A DNA stretch of 64,000 nt from an uncultured Chloroflexia bacterium (lineage in GTDB: Bacteria; Chloroflexota; Limnocylindria; Limnocylindrales; CSP1-4): the NCBI GenBank assembly GCA_963707215.1, contig CAVPPB010000001.1:512001-576000 (forward strand), given 5' to 3'. The notes under the pieces were generated by a model that did not search any database, had not been told where the DNA came from, and saw only the letters and a list, made by a program, of their open reading frames with translations. Made by a program: the position numbers and the translations under genes. Numbering within the stretch: the first letter of the stretch is position 1; each line of letters opens with the position of its first letter. Of the stretch, positions 1 to 10,679 are shown piece after piece.

Positions 1-409
1 TTCACCGGCGGCCCCAACGAGGTCTGGTCGTTCGGCGATGCGGCCCTCCGGATCCTGGCGCGTATCTCCACCTGCGCGAGCGGCTCAGCCGTACCTCCTC
101 CTGCAGATGCAGACCGCCAGCGAACGGGGCCTGCCGCCGATGCGACCACTCTTCCTCGAGTTCCCGGGCGACCCGGCCGCCTGGGAGATCGCCGACAGCT
201 TCCTCCTTGGCCCCGACCTGCTCGTGGCCCCGGTCCTGGAGCCTGATGCCCGGGAGCGAGCGGTCTACCTCCCGAGCGGCGCCCGGTGGCGCGACGCCTG
301 GACCGACGGTGAGCTGGAGGCCGGCCGCCACCACGTCGTCGCCGCGCCCCTCGATCGGATCCCGCTCTTCCTCCGCGACGATGCCGACCTGCCGATCGCC
401 GACGACTGA
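1..409 (+). CDS. Glycoside hydrolase family 31, C-terminal part (5' truncated, frameshift near 60)
   Basis: FTGGPNEVWSFG in frame 1, then GLPPMRPLFLEFPGD...FLLGPDLLVAPV...VYLPSG...PLDRIPLF, typical of the GH31 C-terminus. Confidence 0.85.
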   Translation, partial: SPAAPTRSGRSAMRPSGSWRVSPPARAAQPYLLLQMQTASERGLPPMRPLFLEFPGDPAAWEIADSFLLGPDLLVAPVLEPDARERAVYLPSGARWRDAWTDGELEAGRHHVVAAPLDRIPLFLRDDADLPIADD

Positions 410-430
410 CCGAGGCGCAGGCCGGCCGCG

Positions 431-1015
431 TCAGCCCGGGCGATCGCAGAGCGTAGCGCCGGTACGGATGGCCGTCGCCGCCGACGTACTCCCCGTCGAG
501 CCGGAAGCCGGCCTTCTCGAGGACCCGGATCGAGGCGACGTTGGGAGCATCCACGACCGCAGCCACCCGCTCCAGGCCCAGGCGCTCGAACGCATCGGCG
601 AGCAGGCCCGTCGACCGCCTCGGTCGCCAGCCCACGGCCGTGGAAGGCACTGGCCAGCATGTAGCCGAGCTCGGGCTCCGGCCCGAGGTCGCTCGTCGGG
701 CGGCAGGATGCCGGCCACGCCGACGAACGCCCCGACCGCGCCCGATGCCGGGATCGGCGAGCCTCCAGGACCCAGATCGGCAGGCCGGCCTCCAGGGCGC
801 TCCCGAACCACTCGCCGAACTCGCGCCTCGCCCATCTCGCGGCGGGCCGCGTCCGGTCAGCGAGGGGTCCGCGATCGCGTGCCAGAAGCGGATCACCTGC
901 GGGTCGAGGACGAGTCGCGTCGACCACCTCGTCCAGGTCGGCCGGCGTGTACGGTCGGAGGCGCGAGCCGGTCGGAGTCCGCAGCGCCAGGCCCCCGGCG
1001 CCGTTCGAGGCACGA
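431..1015 (-). CDS. GNAT N-acetyltransferase, RimJ/RimL type (frameshifted)
   Basis: LRPYTPADLD, PELGYMLASAFHGRGLATEA, then in another frame NVASIRVLEKAGF; boundaries approximate. Confidence 0.7.
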
Positions 1016-1018
1016 CCG

Positions 1019-2450
1019 TCAGCCACCCGCGTGCTGGTGGGCCAGGTACTCGAGCAGGTCGAGCCGGGTCACGACGCCGATCGGCCGACCGGCCCGCGTG
1101 GCGACGACCGCCGACGCGCCATCGCGCAGCAGGGCGAACGCCTCGTCGACCGTGGCCGAGGCCTCCACGAGCGGCAGCGGCCGGTCCATGACCTCGCCCA
1201 CCGTCCGCTCGACGACCATCGGGTCGCGGTAGGCGCGCTCCAGGAGCCCGGTCTCGCTGACCGCCCCGACGATCGCCTCGAGGTCGTCGCCCGTCGGGCG
1301 CCTCGGAGACCGGCAGCTGGCTGATCCCGAAGCGCTGGAGCACCTCGATGGCGTCCCCCACGCGCTCGGTGGTCCGGGCGAGGACGACGTCCGGCAGCGC
1401 GCCCTGGTGGTGGCGCTGGTCGAGAGAGGTCGGCCACCCGGATGACGGCTCCCGTGGTGGCGAGCAGGCCGTTGGCCCGCATCCACTCGTCGTTGTAGAG
1501 CTTCGAGAGGTAGTTGCGGCCGCCGTCGGGGAGGATGACGACGATGACCCGATCGTGGTGCCGCCGCCGGCGTCCTCCGACATGATCCGGCGGGCCTCGT
1601 CGAGGGCGGCGACGACGCGCCGTCCCGCACGACTCGCCGGCCAGGATCCCCTCCTCGCGGGTGATCCGCCGGGCCATCGCGAACGCGTCCCGGTCCGAGA
1701 CCCGGACCCACCGATCGACGACCTCCGGATCGAGGGTCCCCGGCATGAAGTCCTCGCCCGACGCCCTCGGTCAGGTACGGCCGGGCCGTGTCGCCGGAGA
1801 GGACGCTGCCCTCCGGATCGGCGCCCACGACGACGAGGTCCGGACGCCGTGCCTTGAGGTATCGACCGACGCCGCTGATCGTCCCGCCGGTGCCGACGCT
1901 GGCGACGAAGTGGCTGATCCGCCCGTCCGTCTGCTCCCAGATCTCCGGCCCGGTCGTGGCCTCGTGCGCGGCCGGGTTCTCCTCGTTCCAGTACTGGTCC
2001 GGCTTGAAGGCGCCCGGGATGTCGCGGGCCAGGCGATCGGCCACCCGGTAGTAGGACTCGGGCGACTCGGGGGGCACGTTCGTCGGGCAGAGGACCACCT
2101 CGGCCCCGTAGGCGCGGAGCAGCGCCTGCTTCTCGGCCGACTGCTTGTCGGCCATGACGAAGATGCAGCGGTAGCCCTTCAGCGCGGCGGCGATGGCGAG
2201 GCCGTGGCCGGTGTTGCCGGAGGTCGGCTCGACGATGGTGCCGCCGGGACGAAGCGATCCCGTCCGCTCGGCCGCCTCGATCATCGGCAGGCCGATGCGA
2301 TCCTTGACCGAGCCGCCCGGGTTCAGGGCCTCGAGCTTCGCGAGAACCAGCGGTTGCCGGTCGACCGGGCCGAGGTCCCGCGGTGACCCGCGACAGGCGG
2401 ACGAGCGGCGTGCCACCGATGAGCTCGAGGATGGAGTCGGCGTAGCGCAT
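1019..2450 (-). CDS. Cystathionine beta-synthase with C-terminal CBS domains (several frameshifts)
   Basis: MRYADSILELIGGTPLV start, LNPGGSVKDR PLP lysine motif, EPTSGNTG, VGTGGT, ILPDGGRNYLSK, CBS pair ending VVTRLDLLEYL. Confidence 0.85.
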
Positions 2451-2474
2451 GGTGCCCGAGTATCCAGGTCGCGG

Positions 2475-3290
2475 TCAGCGCCAGGCGGTCGTCAGCCAGG
2501 CCCAGCGCTTCGACGATGCCCGGCCGGCGGTCGGGCGAGCCGGTGGACGGCCGCGACGTCCGGGGCGGTCCGGCTCGTGGAGGGCCGCAACGATCCGGTG
2601 GGCGATCCGTCGCTCGTCGGACGACCATGGCGTTGGAGGGGGCGTGGCCGCGTCGACCCCGGCGAGCTCCTGCCAGGTGACCGATGGCAGGACCCGACGA
2701 TGAGCCGCCGGCCGCGGTAGAGCTCGTCCGCGCCACCGATAGCGAGCGGCACGATCGGCGCGCCGCTGCGCAGCGCCAGGTACGCGATGCCCGGCCCGAG
2801 CGGTCGCGTCCTGCCGGCGGTGCCGTCGCGCCGACCTCCGGGAAGACCAGCAGGACGGCGCCAGCCTCGAGCGCCACCGTCGCGGCCCCTCGAGGTGCGC
2901 CTCGACCGGCCTCGCGCCGACCGCCGGCCAGATCGGGATGACGCCACCGACAGGTGGACCGCGAGGCGTCGCCACCACGACCGGAAGATGGCCCGTCCAT
3001 CACCGAGGAACACGAGGCGCGGCGTCCGCGGCAGCAGGTCGGCGACGAGGAGTGGGTCGATCCAGGTCCGATGCGGGAGCCCGGCCGCGATCCAGCCCCC
3101 GGTCGGGCGACCGGTCTCGTCGCGGGGCAGCAGCGAGCGACCGATGCAGCCTCGGCCGGAACCCGAACAGCCCATGCCCGACCACGTGAAGCGCGGCGAG
3201 CAGCGCCCGATAGACGAACGATGGTCGGGCCGTGACCCGACCGATCAGGCCGATCCGGCGCGGCCCGTCCGGCGGACCAGCCATCGCCAT
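2475..3290 (-). CDS. Lysophospholipid (PlsC-like) acyltransferase (frameshifted)
   Basis: HRTWID (HxxxxD), VFPEVG and GIAYLALRSGAPIVPLAIGG spread across frames. Confidence 0.7.
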
Positions 3291-3369
3291 GGCCCGGAGG
3301 ATGGCCGCCCGGCGCCGGCCGGGGAAGTCGATCGGCGGCCGGCCCGGTGGCAGGGCCGGCGCGTCGCCG

Positions 3370-4261
3370 GTCAGGGGCCTCGACAGCAGCAGCCAGGTCA
3401 GCGGCAGCGCAGTCGTTGCGGGGGGTCGGCGGATCGACCGTGGCGGGGTAGAGGGCAGCCACCTGCGGCCCGAGCAGGTCGGCGAATCGATCGGTCGGAG
3501 ATCCTTCGAGCGAGCTCGAGCTCCTCGCGCGAGCCGCCGGCGCGCGGTCCGCCGTCCCAGGAGTCGCCGAGCAGCTCGCGGGCGCTGGTCGCCGGCAGGA
3601 TCCGCGTCGCGAATCGCTTCCCGACATACAGCTCCTGGCTGCCGACGATAGCCAGCGGGACGATCGGCACCTGGGTCCGCAGCGCGATCAGGACGACCCG
3701 AGGCGGAATGGGGCCAGCGCATCCGGCGGCCCGCTGATGCCGCCTTCCGGCATCAGGACGAACACGCCGCCGGCGTCGAGGACCGCCTGCGCCGAGGCGA
3801 CGTGCTGCTCGACACCTACGCCGCCCCGCCAGACCGGAAGCATGCCGCCGAGGCGGTGGAGGAGCGCACTCCTTCCAGCGGGCGTCGAAGGCAGACGGCC
3901 CGGAGCCGAGGAACCAGACTCGCGGCTCCAGCGGCAGCCCGTGCATGACCAGGAAGGGATCCATCCAGCCTCGATGGACGGCCGGACCACGAGCAGGTAG
4001 CCGCCCGCTGGTGGGTGCTCGGTCCTGTCGGCATCGACCCGGAAGCGGAGCAGGCCGAAAAGCCAGGAATCGGGCCAGGCGAGCGAGGACGCGAATGGTG
4101 CGCGAGGCGCGAACCTCGGGCGTGCGCCCCAGCCAGGCCAGGCCCTCCCGGACGCCGCCTCGCTCGGCGGCCACCCGCTCCGGCGCGGTCCGGGCCGCCT
4201 GGCGCGCGGGCCGGCGAGGCGGCCCGGGAGACGGCGGTGTCGGCGGCGGCGCCGCGCTCAA
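3370..4261 (-). CDS. Second lysophospholipid acyltransferase (frameshifted)
   Basis: HRGWMD, LMPEGGISG and LIALRTQVPIVPLAIVG across frames; ends approximate. Confidence 0.7.
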
Positions 4262-4268
4262 CTGCCCG

Positions 4269-5280
4269 TCAGGTCGGATCCGGCTTGGAGTCGGCGGGCG
4301 GCAGCCCTTCCGGGGTGCCGACCTCGCCGGCTGCCTCGCCGGTGAGAGCTCGATCGCCAGAGGGAGCGTGATCGTCGGCTGCCGTCCCCTCCGTCGGCTG
4401 GGGCCCGTCAGCGGCTCCGGCGGCCACGTCCGCGGCCTCGAGCCCGGCCAGACGGCGGGCATCCTCGTCGGCGATCGACGGGCCGCCGCGAAGGTGACGA
4501 CCCACGATGATCGCCGCCCCCACCAGCATGAAGCCGCCGGCGAACAGCCAGGCCGTCGGGATGCCGTTGAACGTCCAGTTCTCAGAGCGGAGTGACTCGA
4601 GCGCGAAGCGGACAGCCCCATACCAGATGAAGAAGATGCCGAGGAGGTCGCCCGGTCGCAGACGCGTCGCCATCCTGCGTCCGAGCCACAGGAGCACGAC
4701 CAGCCCCAGCACTGCAGCGAGCGATTCGTAGAGGAACAGCGGCTGGAAGCGCGTCGTCTCGAACGGGTAAGCGTCGCAGGAGTAGTCGGCGATCCGGTAC
4801 TGACATTCGATCGGGATGCCCCAGGGCAGCGTGGTCGGCGGGCCGTACAGCTCCTGGTTGAAGAAGTTCCCCCAGCGGCCGACCGCCTGCATCGCGAACA
4901 GGGCGGGTGCGATGACGTCCATCCAGGCCCACACGGACTGCCGCTTGTGGCGGATCCAGAGGATGCCGACGATCGTGCCGGTGATCAGGCCGCCGAACAC
5001 CCCGAGCCCGGTGTACGGCGGCAGCACGATCCCGATGAGGTTGTCCTGGTAGAGGTCCCAGCGATCGATCACGTGATACAACCGCCCGCCGATCAGCGCG
5101 GCGACCGCGATCACGATCATGCCGTCGGCGACGAGCGAGGCGTCGAGGCCCTTGCGGCGGGCCTCGTGAGTGAGCGACGACGTAGGCAGCCACGAGCCCG
5201 AGGGCGTAGCAGATCCCGTACCAGTAGACGGGAACGGAACCGATCTGGACGAGGACCGGGTCGGGCGTGAAGTCGAACAT
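4269..5280 (-). CDS. lgt: Prolipoprotein diacylglyceryl transferase (1-nt frameshift near 5176)
   Basis: VYWYGI, GGRLYHV, QAVGRWGNFFNQELYG, PLFLYES, RFALESLR motifs. Confidence 0.92.
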
Positions 5281-5387
5281 GACCGGCGAAGTGTACGACC
5301 GACGCGCCATCCGGCTCGCCCGGCGGCTCGCTCCCGACACTTCCGGCGGATGACCGACTGCCTGTGCCGAACCCGCCGAGCCCGCCC

Positions 5388-5751
5388 GTGAACGCCGAGT
5401 TCAACTGGTGGTTGCTCATCGTCGGCCTGGGCGTGGGCGCTGGGCCTCACCTGGCTCGTCCTCGCCGACATGGGCCGACGGCGCGACGCCACGGCCGATC
5501 GCGAGCGGGCTGACGAGACCGCCTGGATCGAGACGACCCTGCGCGACGATGGTGTTGCCGTCGCGGCTGGTGTCGTCGACCGCGTCCTCGACCTCCACGA
5601 GATCTGGCTGGACCGCTCGTCGCCCGAGAGTCGGGACGCGGTCCCGATCGGCACCCACGAGCCGGTCGACGAACCTGCCGCTCCGGGACCGGTCGCCTCT
5701 GACGAGACCGGGGGCGTGGAGGCGGGCAGCGCTGCCGAGGATCGCGACTAG
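5388..5751 (+). CDS. Hypothetical membrane-anchored protein (frameshift near 5445)
   Basis: GTG-NAEFNWWLLIVGLGVG hydrophobic N-terminus joins ORF 5470..5751. Confidence 0.5.
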
Positions 5752-6581
5752 AGCTCGCCGAGCAGCACGGGCTGGCCGGGCCGGTCCCCGTCGACGTCCA
5801 CGATGGAGACCCCGAAGGTGGCTCCGGCGCTGACATCCGCGAGGGCCGAGGCCGGCCCGGCCCACCAGGCGACATCGCCGTCGACCCACATCCGGCCCAG
5901 GACCGTCCGCTCGCCGTCGACCTCGACCCAGCAGCGGTACTCCTGGCCTGGGCCGGGCTCCGGCAGGCCGGCCGTCTCGACGGCCATCTCGCCGGCCGAG
6001 GCGGAGAAGAGCAGCCAGCCGGCGGCATCCGTGCCGTCGAGGCCGACCGTCCGGGAGTCGGACACCGCAGCGATCCTCGCGGCGTCATCGGCGACCCGGG
6101 TGAGCGAGGCGATGGTCGCTTCCGCGTCGCCGAGGCGACCCGCGGTCCACCACCAGCCCGTGACGCCGACCACGGCGACCACCAGGGCCGCGGCCAGGGC
6201 GACGACCCAGGGGATGGGCACCAGCCGTCGATGCGGGACGGGGGCCGGTGCCGGTACTGGCACCTGCACCGGCAGCGCGCCTGCGTCGGGCCGGACCACC
6301 GATGAGGGGGCCGCGGCCGCCCCGCGGATCCGACCCTCGGCGAGGACGCGGGCCAGGGTGCGCTCGCGGAGGTCGGCGGGCGGGAGCGAGCGTACGGCGT
6401 AGCGGATCACGACGGCGGACCGACCGAGCTCCTCGTACTCCGTCGCGCACGACGGGCAGCCGGCCAGGTGACCGGCCACGGAAGCGGCCTCGGCAGTGTC
6501 GCCGGCCTGCAACCGCTCGAAGCCGCCTGGCTCGACCGCCGCCAGCTCCAGCAGCGCCTTGACGTCCTGGTGCTCCATCAC
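5748..6581 (-). CDS. Anti-sigma factor, RskA-like, with ZAS zinc motif
   Basis: HLAGCPSC (HxxxCxxC), single TM segment, C-terminal GLPEPGPGQEYRCW; overlaps the ECF sigma gene. Confidence 0.85.
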   Translation of the reverse strand: MMEHQDVKALLELAAVEPGGFERLQAGDTAEAASVAGHLAGCPSCATEYEELGRSAVVIRYAVRSLPPADLRERTLARVLAEGRIRGAAAAPSSVVRPDAGALPVQVPVPAPAPVPHRRLVPIPWVVALAAALVVAVVGVTGWWWTAGRLGDAEATIASLTRVADDAARIAAVSDSRTVGLDGTDAAGWLLFSASAGEMAVETAGLPEPGPGQEYRCWVEVDGERTVLGRMWVDGDVAWWAGPASALADVSAGATFGVSIVDVDGDRPGQPVLLGEL

Positions 6582-7237
6582 GGCGTCTTCGTCTCCGGGT
6601 CGCCGAAGGCGACGGCCGCTCCCGCTTCCGGCTCGCCGAGCGCCTCCCGGAGTCGACGCAGCCCCCGTCGGGTCCTGGTCTTGACCGTCCCCAACGGCCA
6701 GCCGAGCCGCTCCGCGATCTCGGCCTGGGTCAGGTCCTGCTGGTAGGCGAGCAGGATCACGGTGCGCTCGTCCTCCGGCATGGCTGCCACAGCGGCCGCG
6801 ACGACCGACTGCTGCTCAGCGGCCACAGCATGGTCGAATGGATCGGCCTCGACGGACCCGGCCGCGACCAGATCGCCGACGGTCGCGAGGTCCGGCCCCC
6901 CGCCACCCAAGTCCGGATCCGGATCGAGTGCGACGAGCCGGGGCCGCCGGGCGGCTGCTCGGAGCCGGTCCAGCGCCCGGTTGCGCGCGATGGTCCGAAG
7001 CCACGTCGTCAGCGACGCCACGTGCGGATCGAATCGCTCGGCTCGGTCCCAGAGCACCAGGAAGGTCTCCTGTACCACCTCTTCCGCCGTCCCTCGATCG
7101 CCCGAGAGCCGCAGGGCGAGGGCGAAGATGCCCGACCCGTGGCGATCGTAGAGCTCCACCAGCGCCGACTGCGAGCCGTCGGCGACCGCGCGGACCAGGG
7201 CAGCATCGTCGGCTCCCGAGCGGGTCGGTCCCGTCAT
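6578..7237 (-). CDS. ECF RNA polymerase sigma factor (SigK-like)
   Basis: AEEVVQETFLVLW, WLRTIARNRALD, LTQAEIAERLGWPLGTVKTR. Confidence 0.92.
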   Translation of the reverse strand: MTGPTRSGADDAALVRAVADGSQSALVELYDRHGSGIFALALRLSGDRGTAEEVVQETFLVLWDRAERFDPHVASLTTWLRTIARNRALDRLRAAARRPRLVALDPDPDLGGGGPDLATVGDLVAAGSVEADPFDHAVAAEQQSVVAAAVAAMPEDERTVILLAYQQDLTQAEIAERLGWPLGTVKTRTRRGLRRLREALGEPEAGAAVAFGDPETKTP

Positions 7238-7265
7238 CCTCTACGCCCTTCGCCGGCAGGCGGTT

Positions 7266-7580
7266 TCACCACTCGCTCGCGGGGACCCGGCGCAGGCCGG
7301 CCAGGGATCCGGCCGGGAGGTGCGCCTCCAGGCAGGTGACGCCGTCGGGGCCCACGATCGCACCATGGGCGGTCCCGGCCGGCAGCTCCAGACGATCGCC
7401 CTCGTCGAGCCGGATCCGCCCCCCGCCGGCCTCGAAGACGATGGACCCGGCGGCACAGACGAGGACCTTGTCAAAGCCGTGGTCATGAGTGCCGTAGCGA
7501 TCGCCCGGGCCGTTGCCCCAGGGCGACGGGTCGAGGCCCTCGCGACGCAGGCGCTCCGAGAGCGGGGTCCGCTCGGTCAC
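7266..7580 (-). CDS. Cupin domain protein
   Basis: HDHGFDK and GDRLELPAGTAH cupin motifs. Confidence 0.75.
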   Translation of the reverse strand: MTERTPLSERLRREGLDPSPWGNGPGDRYGTHDHGFDKVLVCAAGSIVFEAGGGRIRLDEGDRLELPAGTAHGAIVGPDGVTCLEAHLPAGSLAGLRRVPASEW

Positions 7581-8788
7581 CCGGAGACCCCGACGCCGAT
7601 GGCCCGCCCGACGACGTAGGTCACGACGGCGGCCGCGATGCCCAGGCCAGCCTGGCGCAGGCCGGAGTAGATCGTGCTCCTGCCGGTCAGCATGCTGACC
7701 GCCGCGCCGACGCCGAAGAGCGCGACGACGCTGACGATGAACGACGTCCAGAAGGCGAGGCTGCCGTCGCCGAACAGGTACGGGACCACCGGGACGATGG
7801 CGCCGATCGCGAAGGCGATGAAGGAGCCGAAGGCCGCCCCCCAGGGCGACCCCAGCTCGTCGGGGTCGAGGCCGAGCTCCTCGCGAACGAGCGTATCGAG
7901 GGCCAGGTCCGGCTTCTGGAAGACCCGGTGGGCGATCGCCGTCGCCTCGTCGTCGGTCAGGCCCTTGGTCCGGTAGATCGCCGCCAGCTCCGCCTCCTCC
8001 TCATCGGGCATCGCCGCGATCTCGGCCCGTTCCAGCTCGATCTGGCGCTCGTAGAGCTCACGCTGCGACTGCATCGAGATGTACTCGCCGGCGGCCATGC
8101 TGAACGCCCCCGCGAGCAGGCCGGCGATGCCGGCCAGGAGGACGAAGCGGCCGTCCCCCACGGTCTCGGCCGACGCGCCGGCGACGCCCATGACCAGGGC
8201 GAGGTTGCTGACCAGGCCGTCCGAGACGCCGAAGACGATCGCCCGGAAGGTCCCCGACTGCCCGGCCCGATGCCAGCGCTCGGCCGAGGCGATGTCACGG
8301 GGCCGAGCGGCCGCCTCGGCGGCGGCCACGCCGGCGGCCTGGGCCTCGGCGCCGATGCGCTCGCGGCGGGTCGGTCGCGGACGCCGCTCCTCGGCTCCAC
8401 CGATGCGCTTCCAGACCTCGGCGTGGGCCCGCTCGTCGGCGGCGATGCCGGCCTGCTCCGGCACGGACTCGCCTTCGTAGTGGGCGGCGGCATCGCGCTC
8501 CATCGCCATGACCAGCGACGCCACCCTCGAGCTGCCCAGCAGGCGGGCCAGGGCGGTGATCGCCCGGACCCGGATCCGCGGCCCGCCGTCGGCCGGGACA
8601 GGCTCGCCGAGCTCCCGGAGCGCACGGACCCAGATCGCGGCATGCCGAAGCTCGGTCTCGGCGATCGATCGGAACAGGTCGGCCCGGTCCGGGTCCCGCT
8701 CGAACGAGGCCAGGCGCTCGTACATCCAGGCGGCGTCCCGTTCGGATCGGAGGTGCTCGCGGGCGACCGCAGCATGGGTCGTGGCCAT
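7577..8788 (-). CDS. Ferritin/rubrerythrin-like domain fused to a VIT1/CCC1 iron transporter
   Basis: ExxH motifs (ETELRH, DERAH); FGVSDGLVSN and AFSMAAGEYIS VIT1 motifs; start taken at MATTHAA. Confidence 0.85.
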   Translation of the reverse strand: MATTHAAVAREHLRSERDAAWMYERLASFERDPDRADLFRSIAETELRHAAIWVRALRELGEPVPADGGPRIRVRAITALARLLGSSRVASLVMAMERDAAAHYEGESVPEQAGIAADERAHAEVWKRIGGAEERRPRPTRRERIGAEAQAAGVAAAEAAARPRDIASAERWHRAGQSGTFRAIVFGVSDGLVSNLALVMGVAGASAETVGDGRFVLLAGIAGLLAGAFSMAAGEYISMQSQRELYERQIELERAEIAAMPDEEEAELAAIYRTKGLTDDEATAIAHRVFQKPDLALDTLVREELGLDPDELGSPWGAAFGSFIAFAIGAIVPVVPYLFGDGSLAFWTSFIVSVVALFGVGAAVSMLTGRSTIYSGLRQAGLGIAAAVVTYVVGRAIGVGVSG

Positions 8789-8929
8789 CCCCGCGAATCT
8801 AGGGGACCGCGCCGTTGCGCGCCGGGGACGTCCGGCCCGTCGATGGGGGTCCAAGGGCGTGGCGACGCCGTGCCGGCGACACCGGACGGTCGAGCCCGGT
8901 GCGACCGACCGCCCGACTACACTACCGGC

Positions 8930-9922
8930 ATGATCGGCCTCCCGCCGCTCCGCTGGCTGTCCTCGAGAGACGTCGAGGCGGCGATGCCCGGGCTGGCCGA
9001 GCGGCTGGCACTGGCCGAGCGGACCCTGACCTCGCTGGTCGCCGACGCCGAGCTGCCGCCGAAGATCGGCGTCCACCCGCGGCCGGACGGATCGTTCGCC
9101 CACGCCATGCCGGCCTTCCTGCGAGGATCCGAGCCCGCCGAGGACCGCCTCGGGATCAAGTGGGTGACCGGCTTCGACGGGAACCCGACCTCGATCGGCC
9201 TGCCAGCCATCAGCGCGGTCGTCGTGCTCTCCGACGCCTCGACCGGCATCCCCCTCGCCCTGCTGGACGGGGGACCCGTCACCGCCCAGCGAACGGCCGC
9301 CGTCAGCGGCGTGGCGATCCGGGCCTTCGCTCCGGCGATCACCTCTCAGCCGCCCCGGGTCGGGCTCATCGGTGCCGGCGTCCAGGGCCACAGCCACCTG
9401 CCGGTCATCGGCGCCGTCCGACCCGGGGCCGTCCTTCGGGTCCACGACCGAGATCCCGGGCGGGCGGAAGCCCTGGTCAGAGTCGCCAGGACGACCCCCG
9501 GGATCGCCGCCGCCGAGGCCGTCGGAGCGGCCCGGGATGCGACGATCGGAGCGGACGTCGTGGTGACCGCGGCGGCCTTCGGGCCGATCCGCCAGGTCAT
9601 GACGAACGACTGGCTCGAACCGCAGGCCACGGTCGTCGCGGTCGACTACGCCACCCATTGCGCGGCCGAGGTCGCCCAGGAGGCCACTCTCTTCCTGGTG
9701 GACGAGCGGGGCCAGTTCCTCGTCAACCGCGAGGCGGGCGCGTTCGATGGCTACCCGGACCCGACCTCGACCATCGGAGAGGCGCTCCTCGCCGGGACGG
9801 CCCGGCCCGACGGACGGGTCGTCGTGACCCACCTCGGGGTCGGACTCGCCGACGTCGTCTTCGGGTCGGCGATCCTGGAGCGGGCCGAGGCGCTCGGACT
9901 GGGGACGCTTCTGCCGCGCTGA
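8930..9922 (+). CDS. Ornithine cyclodeaminase/mu-crystallin family protein
   Basis: HAMPA, GIKWV, TAQRTAAVS, GAGVQG, GVGLADV. Confidence 0.85.
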   Translation: MIGLPPLRWLSSRDVEAAMPGLAERLALAERTLTSLVADAELPPKIGVHPRPDGSFAHAMPAFLRGSEPAEDRLGIKWVTGFDGNPTSIGLPAISAVVVLSDASTGIPLALLDGGPVTAQRTAAVSGVAIRAFAPAITSQPPRVGLIGAGVQGHSHLPVIGAVRPGAVLRVHDRDPGRAEALVRVARTTPGIAAAEAVGAARDATIGADVVVTAAAFGPIRQVMTNDWLEPQATVVAVDYATHCAAEVAQEATLFLVDERGQFLVNREAGAFDGYPDPTSTIGEALLAGTARPDGRVVVTHLGVGLADVVFGSAILERAEALGLGTLLPR

Positions 9923-9954
9923 CGGAGGCCGGGCGCGGTCCTCGGTTCCGCGTC

Positions 9955-10188
9955 CTAGGCTCCCGACCGGTGTCGGCTCCCGCGGACACCTCGGACGGCC
10001 TGCCCGACCATGGCCCGGAGCAGGAGGAGGATGCCGATCGCAAGCGCGACCAGATCATGGGGGGTCCCCGTCCCCGCCTCGAAGAGCGCGAGATCATCGA
10101 GCGAGGGCGCTGAACCTCCGGACCGGCCGCCCGGGCCGGTCGCCGCGGGGCCCCGCGAGCGACGGGCGGGGTGGCTACGACGACGCAT
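9955..10188 (-). CDS. Small hypothetical protein with one hydrophobic segment
   Basis: 77-aa ORF fills the gap; LVALAIGILLLL. Confidence 0.35.
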   Translation of the reverse strand: MRRRSHPARRSRGPAATGPGGRSGGSAPSLDDLALFEAGTGTPHDLVALAIGILLLLRAMVGQAVRGVRGSRHRSGA

Positions 10189-10245
10189 CTCACGGCTGAG
10201 ACGCCGGGGCCTCGATACCGTTGCGGCGCCCCGCCTTCGGGTCGG

Positions 10246-10581
10246 CTACTCGAAGACCTCGAGCGGACCGTCGGGGACCTCGATGAGGATCCGCCCGTCC
10301 TCCACGACGACGATGTAGACCGCCAGCGGCAGATCGGCGGGCGGATCCAGCGGTTCGCCGTCGTTGAGATCGAACCGTGAGAGATGGAGCGCACAGGTGA
10401 TCGTACCGGCCGTCAGGAAGCCCTTGTCGAGCTCGAAGTACTCATGGCTGCAGATGCCCTGGACGGCCGTGTAGTCGCCGTCCTGGTTGATGACGAGGAC
10501 CGGATCGGAACCCTCGGCCCAGGCCATCTTCATCGTCCCGGCCGGGACCTCCTCGACACCAAGGAGGTCGATGCGTCTCAC
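10246..10581 (-). CDS. Rieske-type [2Fe-2S] ferredoxin
   Basis: CSH...CALH Rieske ligands; downstream of sufBD. Confidence 0.9.
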   Translation of the reverse strand: MRRIDLLGVEEVPAGTMKMAWAEGSDPVLVINQDGDYTAVQGICSHEYFELDKGFLTAGTITCALHLSRFDLNDGEPLDPPADLPLAVYIVVVEDGRILIEVPDGPLEVFE

Positions 10582-10679
10582 GCCATCACCCTAGCGCACG
10601 CCGGCAAGCCGATCCGGCCATCCCGGCGCCGGATGCGGGACACGCCACGTGGCGACCCAGGGCAGCGGGGGCGCGGGTC

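Noticed and set aside
1-5500. Cluster of apparent pseudogenes or programmed frameshifts (GH31, GNAT, CBS, acyltransferases, lgt)
   Set aside because: Indels are dense at one end of the window, hit conserved genes such as lgt and leave the catalytic motifs intact. This is best explained by low-coverage long-read errors.
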